Part shown: positions 27,050-39,876 of the stretch, one piece after another
How the letters are laid out: each line of letters begins with the position of its first letter
Numbering within the stretch: position 1 is the first letter of the stretch
Assembly (NCBI RefSeq): GCF_001194135.2
Contig: NC_068987.1
Location: forward strand, 73,749,247-73,813,246
From: Octopus bimaculoides
Taxonomy: Eukaryota
DNA length: 64,000 nucleotides
Reading direction: 5' to 3'
The notes under the pieces: generated by a model
Told to the model about the DNA's origin: nothing
What the model saw: only the letters and a program-made list of their open reading frames with translations
Database searches by the model: none
Position numbers and translations under genes: made by a program

Positions 27050-27658
27050 GGATAAATATTGGTTTCAAAGTTTGGCAAAAGGCCAGCAAGTTGGGGGTGG
27101 GTGGGGGTAAGTTGACTACATCGACCTCAGTGCTCAACTGGTACTCTTTATCGACCCCGAAAGATTGAAAGGCAAAGTCGACCTTGGCGTAATTTGAACT
27201 CAGAACCAATAGATGGACGAATTGCCGATAAGCATTTCGCCCGGCGTGCTAATGATTCTTATTTCTTTATTGCCCACAAGGGGCTACACACAGAGGGGAC
27301 AAACAAGGACAGACAACCGGATTAAGTCGATTATATCGACCCCAGTGTGTAACTGGTACTTAATTTATCGACTCCGAAAGGATGAAAGGCAAAGTCGACC
27401 TCGGCGGAATTTGAACTCAGAACGTAGCGGCAGGCGAAATACCGCTAAGCATTTCGCCCGACGTGCTAAAGTTTCTTATTTCTTTATCGCCCACAAGGGG
27501 CAATAGAGGGGACAATAGAGGGGACAAACAAAGACAGACAAAGGGATTAAGTCGATTATATCGACCCCAGTACGTAACTGGTACTTAATTTATCGACCCC
27601 GAAAGGATGAAAGGCAAAGTGCTAACGTGCTAACGTTTCTGCCAGCTCACCGCCTTAG
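27050..27658 (-). mobile_element. Head-to-tail trimer of SINE A (two young A2 units plus an older terminal unit)
   Basis: Single head at 27658; tail cccttgtgggc(a/g)ataaagaaataaga joined directly to aactttagcacg or atcattagcacg at 27462-27478 and 27245-27262. Confidence 0.9.
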
Positions 27659-28571
27659 TGGAGACAAATGTTACCTCTTGGCAATAGTAGTGGTTATGAT
27701 GAGTTAGGGTAGGTGGTGGTGGAAGTTTTGAAGGATATAGTGTCTCGACAGCTAACAGCTGATGCAGGTAGTTTATTCCATGCTCCAGCAATTCTGAGCG
27801 TGAAAGTATGTTTCCAAAAGTGTACTGTGTTATTTTTTCGATTTTGTAAGCATGTCTACGAGTGTTTGACAAGGAATTCAAAGAGGTGTCCTAAGGTTGT
27901 AGTTGGAAAGATGGTGAATAATCTGGTGGTGGGGAAGAGATGATTAATGTTTGTGGCAGAGAGGAATATGGTTTTGGTTATAGTGGGGGCGATAGTGGTA
28001 GCAGAGATGATGGAAGGATAGTAGGGTGTGGGTGGAGGCAAATTTGGGGGGTTAGAAAAGAAGCAGCATTGAGGGGTGGGGGTGATATAAGTTGTGGTTG
28101 GTGATGTTTATAGTAGTAGTTAGGGGTAATAGTAGTTACCACGGAATGGTGGTGATGATGGCACGGTTGGAGTGGAGGAGCAGTGAACTGACGGCTGAAT
28201 TAAATGTAATGTTTGTGTGGGAGTGGCTGTGGAGGTGATGGCTGCGAGGATGATAGTAGTGGTGATGATGGCGGGAGCAGCGATAGTAGCAATATTAAGA
28301 ATACTAAGTCATGGAAAGAGAGAGGTGATGCAATAGCATTGGGGGCGGCGGCTGTGGTGGAGGAGGTAGTGGTGATGGTGGCGGTGACGGTGGTGACAGC
28401 GATGGTGGCGGCGGTGGTGGTGGTGGTGGTGGGGTAGTGGTGTTGTGCTGTGTCCTGATTAATTAAACCAATATTTATCTGAGTAGATGTTTTTACTTTA
28501 ACATTGTTAATCTCTTGCACCAGTTTTTCTTCCACTTGATGAACTAACATGTTGATCAGGTCCTTAATACA

Positions 28572-28671
<100 letters not shown>

Positions 28672-29642
28672 ATAGAAAAAAAAGGTGAGGAATAAAATGA
28701 AGCGTACGAAAGGAGAAGAAAAAGTAGTAAATATAAGGAAATTTAAAGAGATGGCAGTGGATAGTGGAAGAGACAAAATAAATATTTGCTAAATTCATCT
28801 AACTGGTTTCTTTCTTTTCGCTTTTTTTTTTCTGGGCACACAATTAATAGTTGTTTGCAAGAGGGCTGAAAAGAACGGAATGACCGAGAGTTTAACGTTT
28901 GGGTTTTCCTGCTCAACTTCAGTTATGCGGCACTTCAATGTAACCATGAAAAACACCTCGCATTGATCTACATTTCCTCAATTCCTACCAAGCGACTGAA
29001 GAATAGGGAACAGGTTCGTACACCACGAGAGTTTCTTACTATTTGTAAGAATAGTGAGAGAGTAACAAGTTCTTACATTGGCATAAGGCGAGGAATTTTG
29101 GAGAAGTGAACAGTCGATTGTTTCGATCCCAATACTGGAGTGGCATATTTTATCGACCCTGGAGGGATGGAAGGCAAACTCAACCTCGGGGGTGGGGGGC
29201 GAATATGAACGCAGAAAGAAAAGCTGGAAGAAACGTCACTAAGCAGTTTGTTCGGTGCGATAACGATTTTATCTAATTTAGGTACAAGAAATATATTGGT
29301 TTCAAGGCCAGCAATTTTGAAGGAGGGAGTGAGTTGATTCGATAGACCCCAGGATTTATTTGGTATTTATTTCATCGACCTCAAAAGGATGAAAGGCAAA
29401 GTTCACCTCGGCGGAATTTGAACCCAGAACTTAAAGATGGACAGAATGCCGCTAAGCATTTGCGCGGCGTACAAACGATTCTCCCAGCTCTCCGCCATAG
29501 GCACAAGAAAAATATCAAATTAATAACTCACCTTTTATCTTTTATCTTTTTACCTGTTTCAGTCATTAGACTGCGGCCATGCTGGTGCACTGCCTTAGTG
29601 AAACGACTCCACTGGACTCAGTATACTTTTTTCTTATTATTA

Positions 29643-30120
29643 TAGACGTCACAAGTATACAATATCGTGAGGTTGTTGACTGAAGATATTGTGTCTACCG
29701 GAGGTTCGTACTGTTTGTCGACTCAGACGGACAGTACTTTACGCAATATGCGGGCAGTTCCAAGTAATTCTGACTTTTGCAATACGTCTATATTGTAGGG
29801 TATTTCTAAGGTTTTCAGATGTTTTTTTCAGATTGGGTGTTATTGAACCCAATACTCCGATGATAGTAGGAATAACCCTTATGTTTGACTCTTGTAGCTG
29901 CCACATTTTAGCGATCTCAATTCTCAGGTCTCCATATTTATCAACCTTTTGTCTTTCTTTCATGATGATATGTTGCTCTCCTGGCACTGCTACGTCAATT
30001 ATTAGGCACTCTTATTTGTCCCTTCTAAAGGTTACTATGTCCGGCCTTCGGTGCTTAACACCTTGTCTGTCTGGAAGTCAAAGTCCCAGAGGATTTTTAT
30101 CTTCCCATTTTCGTCCATTA
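29643..30120 (-). mobile_element. 5'-truncated Dong/R4-like REL-endonuclease LINE in a (TAA)n microsatellite
   Basis: KILWDFDFQTDKV..HRRPDIV...CLIIDVAVPGEQHIIMKERQKVDKYGDLRIEIAKMW...IIGVLG...HILRKVLSV*; 3' end followed by taataataa; 5' junction abuts (TAA)n at 30124-30194. Confidence 0.9.
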
Positions 30121-30122
30121 CC

Positions 30123-30194
<72 letters not shown>

Positions 30195-30591
30195 TGTGGA
30201 GCCTGGTACTTATTCTATCGGCCACTTGTGCCGAACCGCTAAGTTACGAGGACGTAAACGCACCAATATTAGTTGTCAGACCTTTAATAGATAAATAAAT
30301 ATCGCAGATACCGTCATCATCGCATCACTATCATCCCTACAACTATCACCTCCACCGTCACTACCACACAAACATTACCTCTATTTCTACCGTCAATTCA
30401 CAAACGACTCTACTGATCCCAGTGTACATATTTTTGTAAAGCCTGGTATGTATTCTATCGGGCTGTTACCGAACCGCTAGTTAACGGGAATGTAAACGCA
30501 CCAATACCGGTTGTCAAGCTTTTAATAAATAAATATAAATTCAGCATTGTTAGTGAAGATGTGGTTATTTTTTTATTCTCTTCTATTGCAG

Positions 30592-30702
30592 TGGTTGTGA
30601 CCAGCGGAGACAAGTGGGATCTGGTGGTGTCACAGACTGAGAAATTACTTCCAACTGTGGTCAATCTGACTATATCTAGTTTTGAGAATCTCATCAACAA
30701 CA
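30592..30702 (+). CDS. Exon 2 of the IR/iGluR-like gene
   Basis: Acceptor ttttttattctcttctattgcAG; 111 nt open, (V)VVTSGDKWDLVVSQTEKLLPTVVNLTISSFENLINN; donor A|GTAAGT; phase 1-1 fits both neighbours. Confidence 0.8.
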
Positions 30703-31872
30703 GTAAGTATGATAATCATTACCGTTGTCATGTTTAATCCTTGATTTCAATAGAAGCCGACATTAAGCTAGATTCTTGTTATTAACGCTGCTGCTGCTGC
30801 TGTTGTTGTTGTTGTTGTTGTTGTTGTTATTGTCGTTGTTGTTGATAATGAAGTGAAGGCAATGGTGGCATTTGTTATTATTAATAACTTTGTGAAGGCG
30901 TTGAGCTGGCAGAATCGTTAACACGCTGGGTAAAATAAAATGCTTAGCGGTATTTTGCCCATCTTTATGCTCTGAGTTCAAATTTCACCGGGGTCGACTT
31001 TGCCTTTCATACAATTCGGGGTCGATAAAATAAGTATACAATTTTAGTGCTGGGATCGATGTAATCGATTTAACCCATCCCCCGAACTTTCTGGCCGTGT
31101 ACCAAAATCTGAAGCCATTATTTGTTGTGATTGCTCTTAGAACTATCGTTGATGCCTCGTAATCATGTTTGCCCATGGTTGCAGATGGTATGACTGTTGT
31201 TACAGTTATTATTGATGTGTTGTTATATCTGTTTAGTAATTGTTTTTTGTTGTGGGGCAACTTAGTCGTGATTATGGGATTGTGGTGATTGTCGCGTTTA
31301 GCCCCGGATTAACCCAGATTTAGTAGACCTTTGAGCAAAGGAATTCCAGCAAGGACCTTTGTGTTTTCTGTTGGTAGGTATGTCGGAAAGTGGAGTCGTA
31401 TGGCTTAGTGGTTAGGGTGTTGGACTCATGATCGTAAGATTGTGGTTTCAATTCTTGTATCGAACAACGCGTTGTGTTCTTGAGTAAAACACTTCATTTT
31501 ACGTTGCTTCAGACCACTCAGCTGGCAAAAATGAGTAATCCTGTGATGGAGCAACGTCTCAGCCCTTATGAGTTGGTATGACTTGAGAAAGTAACTTTAC
31601 TTCACTTTACTAGTTCTGTCGGAAATGCATTGTCCAGTATGTCCTTTATTTTCTCTAGATGGTAATGTGTAATTTGAGGGATAATTGGCTGCCTTTTCTG
31701 TTAGGTCGTCCAACCACAAAGAGTCTCTCTTTTTTGCTTGCAATGGATCTTGATATTAGTGTTTATGTCTGTGTTGTTGTTCTTGTTGCTATTTCGTTCC
31801 AAGTTTGCACTGATCTCTTCTGAATAACAAAGAATACTAGAAAGCGAGGGAGAAGAGAAAGAGAAAGTGTGT

Positions 31873-31904
<32 letters not shown>

Positions 31905-31984
31905 NNNNNNNNNNNNNNNNNNNNNNNNNNNNNNNNNNNNNNNNNNNNNNNNNNNNNNNNNNNNNNNNNNNNNNNNNNNNNNNN

Positions 31985-32022
<38 letters not shown>

Positions 32023-33216
32023 CAAATATACTTAAATCAACAATTCTTTCTCTGCAGAATTTTCACACTGGGGAAAAAAATAAGCGATTCCAGAGTCAAA
32101 ATTGTTTTCAGACTGAAAAATACTTTGCCATTATTCTCACCGTTTTTTTGTAGATTCATCTTCCTTAATGTTTGTTTAACTCGTCAGCTAAAATTCTGAA
32201 TAAATTGTTAGGTACTTAATTGCGTTATATACAAGACTAATTGTTTATATCGTGTAGGGAGGAAGTTAGGATAAGAAACTAGTTAGAGTGGAGAATACAA
32301 AATTGTATTTGTATCTAAGCACAAGATTAGCAGTTTTGAAGTGAGAGGATTAGTCGATATCATGGTCCCCACTACTTGACTGGTATTTTATTTATAGACC
32401 CAGAAGGGATGAAAACAAGGTTGACCTTGGCTGGATTTGATCTTGGCTGGATTTGATCTTGGCGAGAGTGAGTTAGACGATTACATCAACCCGGGCGCAT
32501 AATTAATATATTTTATATTATGATTCCGGAAAGATGAACAAGATATATATCAGGATCGGATTTGAACTCAGAATATAAAATATCGGAATAACTCTTGCAA
32601 GAGATTTTGTAATTTTGTCCGACTCTTTACCGATTCTGCCAATGGACCGCTCTTAGTGAAGGGCGGGAATAGATATAGAATAAAGGATAAGGACCTCTCT
32701 GAAAGATATTACTTGCAGCACTTCAACATTTAAAGCTGGTATAGGCGACGTAATAAAAAATTCAAATCCATGTTAAATCATGCATAGACACTTTTTCAGC
32801 CTCCATCATATTTTGTCAAAACAAAGACTAGGATCCATAAACTGATTATATCAGCCTTTTCTGTATCCCTAATCTGACCTTAACAAACCACAAGAAGCAG
32901 CAAATAAGGCAAAAATACCATATTTTACACAAATGCAAGTTGCACACAAGCTACATGCACAGAATAGAGGTGCAATGAAACCAAATTCATTGAAACGGAA
33001 GACCACGTAAATATGTGTCTGGGTATACAGTACACCAAGATCTCGCCCGTACAGTTCTTGCCATTGATTTTTATGTCGCAGTGAAATGCCCAGACACATT
33101 TAGGTCATCCTGGTAACCTTACGACAGAGCTTCTATGTGGTTACTGGACCTGCGAGAAAGAGGACTCTTATCTTTCCATTCCTAAGTACACCACTAATAA
33201 TTTATAAAAGAACGCC

Positions 33217-33377
33217 TTTTGGTGGTGTCTGTGATGGTGGGGATCCAGGAGTGGTGTTGGTAATGATGGAATTCTCTGGAATTTGCTCATGGGAATATGG
33301 CGAATAGCCAAATTAAATGTGTCTACCGATGAGGATTGTAGTAGGTATTATTATTGTTGTCGATGTTGTTGTAGGTG
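33217..33377. repeat. Left copy of a 161-bp inverted duplication
   Basis: Reverse complement of 35818-35978 with 2 mismatches. Confidence 0.95.
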
Positions 33378-34007
33378 TTTTTGCATATAGCAAAATAGAT
33401 GGTCATAGTTGGAGTGAGTACCTTTCATTAGAGGTCTGTTCGATCAGGGCTGATCGGGGGCTACACAAAATCTGTCAATACTACAGACCATTGAAGGAAC
33501 CTTTATATGGTCGCTTGACCAGCTAGAAATATCAGCCAAAACACTTTTGAATTACACCCTCAATGCTTATAAGTGAATCGGGCACATAGTGGATAAAGTT
33601 ACCGTAGACAGGCAATAACTAGGAGAAGAACAAGGTGGCCAAAGCTGGAACGCTTTCAATTACAAGTCTGCTGAATCAAGGCTGATCTGTGGGTAAACTA
33701 CAACAATTAAGCTGAAATATCCAGCAATAATATTGGTCTAAAAGACGACGACGATGACAATGGTGACGATGTCATGGACGATAACGTCGGCAATGATACC
33801 TGTAATTCCCTACAGAACAACTATCGCAAGGAAATTTGGTCGACGAGCAACGGATTTTGAAGTTTTCTCGCCAATATTCATCGGCAAAGGATATCCACAC
33901 ACACACACACCTGCGTGCATACATATATACATACATAAATACATACGTACATACATACATTATGTATGTATGACACATACACATATATACAGACAGACAG
34001 ACAAACA

Positions 34008-35074
34008 CTTTATAATGAAATCCGTCGGAAGGAAAATCCCGAAGACAAAGAAATAAGAACCTACAATATTGATAGAAGCCATAACCATAACAAAAAGGAA
34101 TACTGGTAGAATGTCCCAGTGAAGACCTCAATAAGATGTAAGCACAACAGACCTGATATAATGATTTGAGACAGAGAAGAGAAACTGTGCACAGTTGTGG
34201 AAATTAGATGCCCAGTGGATGTTAACATAAAACTGAGATCAGTGAAAAAGGGAGCACCTGTGTTGAACTATTAAGAAATCTGCAGTTACTCGATCCAGAT
34301 TAAAAGTTCAGGTTTATACCTGTAATTATTGAGGCCCTGGGATATTTAACACACTGCCTAAATAGTAATCTTGAGAAATTAGGCTTCTCAAAACCAGAAA
34401 GGCGAATCGAATTCGAAGACTACAGATCCAATTCAGTCACTGGAACTGTAAAAATCTGTAAAACTTTCCGGAAGTTTATCATCTAAATATATATGAGCAT
34501 GTCTAGATATGCAACTATATGCATGAGAATACATACATAAAACATACAAATCTGCTCATACATACATACATACATACATACATACATACTAGCCCTTCTT
34601 GTTTATTTTCACTGTTTCGTTTTCCTATCATGTTTTCTGTTAGCCACGATATTCCTCCGCATTACAAATTTAATTTGATTCCGCGGGAAGAGCCATTCTA
34701 ACAATGGGTCCTGCCCTAACTCTTCGAAACGCTTAGTTTTGGAATGGTGGCAGCTGATGAGGGAAATGTTCTCTATGTGGCCTGTGTGTTTTCTGTACTC
34801 TCTTTATGTTCTGTTTTTCATTTTACTCCACGTTTTTTTTGTGACGTCCTGTACTCAGATATGCATCTATATATACATGTAGATGTAGGTATGTAGGTAC
34901 GTACATACATGTACGTATATATGCATATACTCAAATATTATTTGTATTATTACATACATACATACAAAAATACCCTGTTGTTGATGCTGAAATTCCAATG
35001 AAGGAGCCTTGGATCTAGGTTAGAAACCGGTTCTTTCTCTATTGGTAAGAAATCTTGAAATAAACTGAATAATA
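34008..35074 (+). mobile_element. 5'-truncated REL-endonuclease LINE (R4-like) with 3' UTR, flanked by (CATA/CAGA)n
   Basis: LYNEIRRKENPEDKEI...KEYW*NVPVKTSIRCKHNRPDIMI*DREEKLCTVVEIRCPVDVNI...FIPVII..LG...TGTVKICKTF..FII* (stop ~34486); ends aaactgaataata then (CATA)n. Confidence 0.85.
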
Positions 35075-35817
35075 CCATACAAACATACATACATACATAC
35101 ATACATACATACATACCATCCCACCGGGAGCAAAGTATGATTGAACTCGGAATCTTGGGGAGGGGATGCAAATCCTTAATTCATACGCTTCAAATGATCA
35201 CGTTATCTTGGACTATAAAAATTTGCGAGACCTTCTAAAGATTTAAAGGCTGATGGTGAACACAAGATACTTTCCTTCACAACCTTGCTACCAAGTATAT
35301 AGCCGGCCAAAATTTATTCTAAATTAAAAAAAGAAAGAGAACATAAATTCGTATTAATCTATCCAACCGTCCATCCATACATACATACATACATGCATAT
35401 ATACATACACATGCATACACTCACATATACATGTATACATACATACACATGCATACACTCACATATACATGTATACATACATACTTTCTTACCTACATAT
35501 ACATGCGCTTAAATATGTTTGTACATATATAAATTCATACATACACAATCGCGCATTTACAGTTACTTACTCTCACACACATAAGCTCTCACACTTGTAT
35601 AACATACATACACAAACATGCACACACACACATACGCGCGCGCGCACACACACACACACGTACACATTCGTACTAGTAATTAATAACATGTCATAAGAAA
35701 TATATAAAAGTATGATGTAATGCCCTGAGATTTCGTTGCAATCTGATCTAATGGTGCGCAAGAAAATTGCATTAACACAAAATGAAGCCACAACAACGAC
35801 AATAACAAAAATCGCTG

Positions 35818-35978
35818 CACCTACAACAACATCGACAACAATAATAATACCTACTACAATCCTCATCGGTAGACACATTTAATTTGGCTATTCGCCATAT
35901 TCCCATGAGCAAATTCCAGAGAATTCCATCATTACCAACACCGCTCCTGGATCCCCACCACCACAGACACCACCAAAA
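35818..35978. repeat. Right (probable donor) copy of the 161-bp inverted duplication
   Basis: Continuous with the surrounding CAC/CAA-rich sequence on both sides. Confidence 0.95.
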
Positions 35979-37559
35979 CTACCAAGACCACCATCCCTAT
36001 CACCCCCACTACCACCCCCAACAGCAACAACAACGCGACCACCAAANNNNNNNNNNNNNNNNNNNNNNNNNNNNNNNNNNNNNNNNNNNNNNNNNNNNNN
36101 NNNNNNNNNNNNNNNNNNNNNNNNNNNNNNNNNNNNNNNNNNNNNNNNNNNNNNNNNNNNNNNNNNNNNNNNNNNNNNNNNNNNNNNNNNNNNNNNNNNN
36201 NNNNNNNNNNNNNNNNNNNNNNNNNNNNNNNNNNNNNNNNNNNNNNNNNNNNNNNNNNNNNNNNNNNNNNNNNNNNNNNNNNNNNNNNNNNNNNNNNNNN
36301 NNNNNNNNNNNNNNNNNNNNNNNNNNNNNNNNNNNNNNNNNNNNNNNNNNNNNNNNNNNNNNNNNCCACTACCACCACTACCACCACCACTACCACCACT
36401 ACCACCACCACCACCACCACCACCACCACCATCATCATCATCACCACCACTAATTATCACCACTACAAACTCTCCAACACTGTCACTACCACTACCAACA
36501 GTAACAACAGCACCACCACCGCCGCCGCTCATACCACCGACCTCTTCCCTCCAACACCACGACCACCCTCAAAACTACCAACACCTTCACCAATTCCAAC
36601 ATTACCGTAATTAAGATCGTGTTTATTAGAAGCAGATCTTATATAGTAGTCGTTTTAGTTTCTGAAGATATTTACCGAGATAGCCGCCAGTTGTACATAC
36701 TTGGTCAGATTTAATGCATGGTTTCAGCTCTGGTTGGATGCTTGTACGACGTTGCTGGGGATTGTGGTTATAAACGAGTGGGCGGCCAGGAGGATCGGCG
36801 GCTATTAGAGCTTGAATGGTAGTCGAGTTAAATTTGTATGGGATTTTTTTGTCCTTTCTTCGATACTGATGGAAGTCAGGTAGAAGTCTCATTTACAATA
36901 CCTTGTTACATCTACCTCTATTTATGTTCTCCCCACACACCTCACCATATTTTCTGTTATCTCTGAATTAGAAAAAGAAAGACAGTGTTCGTAATCCTTT
37001 TCATCGTCTCCTAGGGTTGTTGGAAGAAGAGAAGTTATCTCTAGAATGGAGATTTTTTCCAAATGTTTGCAACGGAACGGAATTTATTAAGACGCGTCTC
37101 ATGATGTTTAATCGGCAGAGGATTAAGTTTGCCATTCAAATGCCTCTCTTTGCCCTAGACGTTTGCACCATATTCTACTTCCTAGATTTTTACGCTAAGC
37201 ACTTTATATTGGTTTCAAATTTTAGCACAAGGCCAGCAATTCCTAAGTCGATTAGATCGACCACAATGCTTAACTGGTACTTATTTTATCGACCCCGAAA
37301 GGATAAGAGGCAAAATCGACTTTGTTGGAATTCGAATATAGTACATAAAACTGGAAGAAATGCTGCTAAGCATTATTTTTGGCGCGGTAACAATTCTGCC
37401 AGTTCTCCGACTGATACTTTGTTTATATAAATCACTTTACTGAGACTAAACAATTTATCCAAACCAAACACTTTAATTTAAACTAAACATTTTATATAAT
37501 CTAAACACTTAATCATATAAAGCGTTAACCAAAAGGAAAATATTCTTCAACCAAATAAA

Positions 37560-37945
37560 ATATTGACCATAAGAAACCAAAGAGGGGCGGGACGGGCCTC
37601 TATATCATTGCTTGGAATGCAAGAAATAGATACCGAATATCGCTCAAATCATACGCTTTCGCCTTTAAAAAGGAAGAACACAGATACAGTTCGAATAAAA
37701 AATGAGATAATAGCAGCCAGAATCAACCCCCGACCAGGACGTCACTGCACTATTAAGACCAAGTACTGCAATAGCATGGGATTTCAGGGCCCACAGTTAT
37801 TTAATATTTTGTTAAAAGCCTGAGAGATGTACATGGAGTTGGGGTAAATATCTTCAAGAAACAACTTGACTTTCTGCTGTCCAAGATCCCTCAAGGCAAA
37901 AAGCTCAAACGAGGGTAGCAATATCAACAACTCTCTCATTCATCG
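37560..37945 (+). mobile_element. CR1/L2-group LINE 3' end
   Basis: TKYCNSMGFQGPQLFNIL..LRDVHGV...FKKQLDFLLSKIP...NNSLIH, typical of a CR1-like ORF2 C-terminus. Confidence 0.7.
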
Positions 37946-37999
37946 AAAGTTGAACACTCATACGTCGTCTTCGACGGGAGAGTCTATCACACACATACA

Positions 38000-38170
38000 C
38001 ACAAAAGACATATACGCTTTCCTCAGTTTCCCAACCGAACCCACTCACACAGCTTTGGTTAGCCCGAGGCTATAGTAGAAGACATTTGCCCAAAGTGCAA
38101 CGCAATGGAGTTGAACCCGGAACCCTGTGGTTGGAAAGCAAACTTCTTACCACACAGCTACGCCTGCGCC
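38000..38170 (-). mobile_element. SINE family C head
   Basis: Reverse complement of aggcgcaggcgtagctgtgtggtaagaagtttgctt...ctatagcctcgggc. Confidence 0.8.
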
Positions 38171-39842
38171 TGTGTATATCAAACATTACTGTAAAAAACT
38201 TTAAGAGAGCAGATATGTAAAACAATTAAACACATTTGTAATGTTTAAAGATAAAATTGCAGTGGTTTCTAAAGTTACTTTCTTAAATATCTTAACATAT
38301 AAACGGGAAATACTTCCTTCTTTTTGGTGATCATTTTGAAACAGAAGGAAAAAGAATTCCTATGAAGTTGACAACGATTTCTTTAATAGTTTAGAAGGTG
38401 CTATCTATCACTGCAAAGTCATCGCACAAGATACCTCTGTATATTTATCTTTATTATTCAATTGATTACATAGGAAGCAGAAGAGGGGAAATACGGGTTC
38501 ATTGGTTGATAAATAGGTCTAAAATGCTTTCTGTATGTATGTATGTACGTATGCATGCATACATGCGTGTGCATATAGGTGTTAACATATATGTCTATGT
38601 GTATTTGCATATTCATATATATAAATGTATGCATAAATTTGTATTTGGTCCTGTAATTTATCGCTTCTGTGAATCAACAGATTTATACAAGCACACACGC
38701 GCACGCGTGTGTATAGATTGTTTCCTTTACAAACAAACTCTCATACAAGCAACATGGACTAAAAACTCCTTAACAAAATATGAAATTGCAATATCTTCAC
38801 CAATTTCAATGTCATGATTAGCGAAATGCGAAACCGGTAGACTATCATAATATTCTATCCTTTAAAATATATTAAAAATATACAATTTGTCTGCATTTTT
38901 ACCATATACTTTTTTACCTTCTTTTACCATATACTTTTTCACTACAACTTAGTACATGGAGAAAATCCTTCAACGAAATTCTTTTCTACCTTTCTCTCTC
39001 TCTCTCTCTNNNNNNNNNNNNNNNNNNNNNNNNNNNNNNNNNNNNNNNNNNNNNNNNNNNNNNNNNNNNNNNNNNNNNNNNNNNNNNNNNNNNNNNNNNN
39101 NNNNNNNNNNNNNNNNNNNNNNNNNNNNNNNNNNNNNNNNNNNNNNNNNNNNNNNNNNNNNNNNNNNNNNNNNNNNNNNNNNNNNNNNNNNNNNNNNNNN
39201 NNNNNNNNNNNNNNNNNNNNNNNNNNNNNNNNNNNNNNNNNNNNNNNNNNNNNNNNNNNNNNNNNNNNNNNNNNNNNNNNNNNNNNNNNNNNNNNNNNNN
39301 NNNNNNNNNNNNNNNNNNNNNNNNNNNNNNNNNNNNNNNNNNNNNNNNNNNNNNNNNNNNNNNNNNNNNNNNATGTATATGTATGTGTGTGTGTGTGTGT
39401 AGTAGTAGTAGACTGTTAACAATGATAGTCAAGAATGCTAGACATAGGAAGTTACAAACAGCAAGAAGAGAAAGTTAGATAAAAGCGAGCTTTTCCTTGT
39501 TAAATGGAATTCGTAATGATACATTTATGTTGTATATATTTTCATCGTTAACGGAAGTCGGAAGTAAGGTTGTTATATTTTCAATGCTATTTTTAGTCAC
39601 ATTTTACAAATAAAGAAACGCAGACATAGAAAGGAACTTTGCGTTGTGATGGATTGAATCATCAGCTTCGAACGTATAAATAAATTATGTGCTACATTGC
39701 GTATGTTTTTTAATCCCATTTGTCCATTAAAATGTGTGTGTATGTGTACGGGTACGCACGCGTGTGTATAAATATATGTATGTATGTATGTATGCATGTA
39801 TGTATGTATGTATGTATGTATGTATGTATGTATGTATGTATG

Positions 39843-39876
<34 letters not shown>

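Noticed and set aside
27213-27630. CRISPR-like repeat-spacer appearance
   Set aside because: Eukaryotic context; the repeats are ~200-nt SINE units without unique spacers.
34715-35045. Hammerhead-like words (cgaaac, ctgatga, gaaaccggttc) in the REL LINE 3' UTR
   Set aside because: Stems and core cannot be assembled into a type I, II or III hammerhead; the second site has core CCAATGA.
39552-39565. Tandem ETS-like CGGAAGTCGGAAGT
   Set aside because: Isolated 14-mer in an intron with no CpG-rich or promoter context; could be chance.
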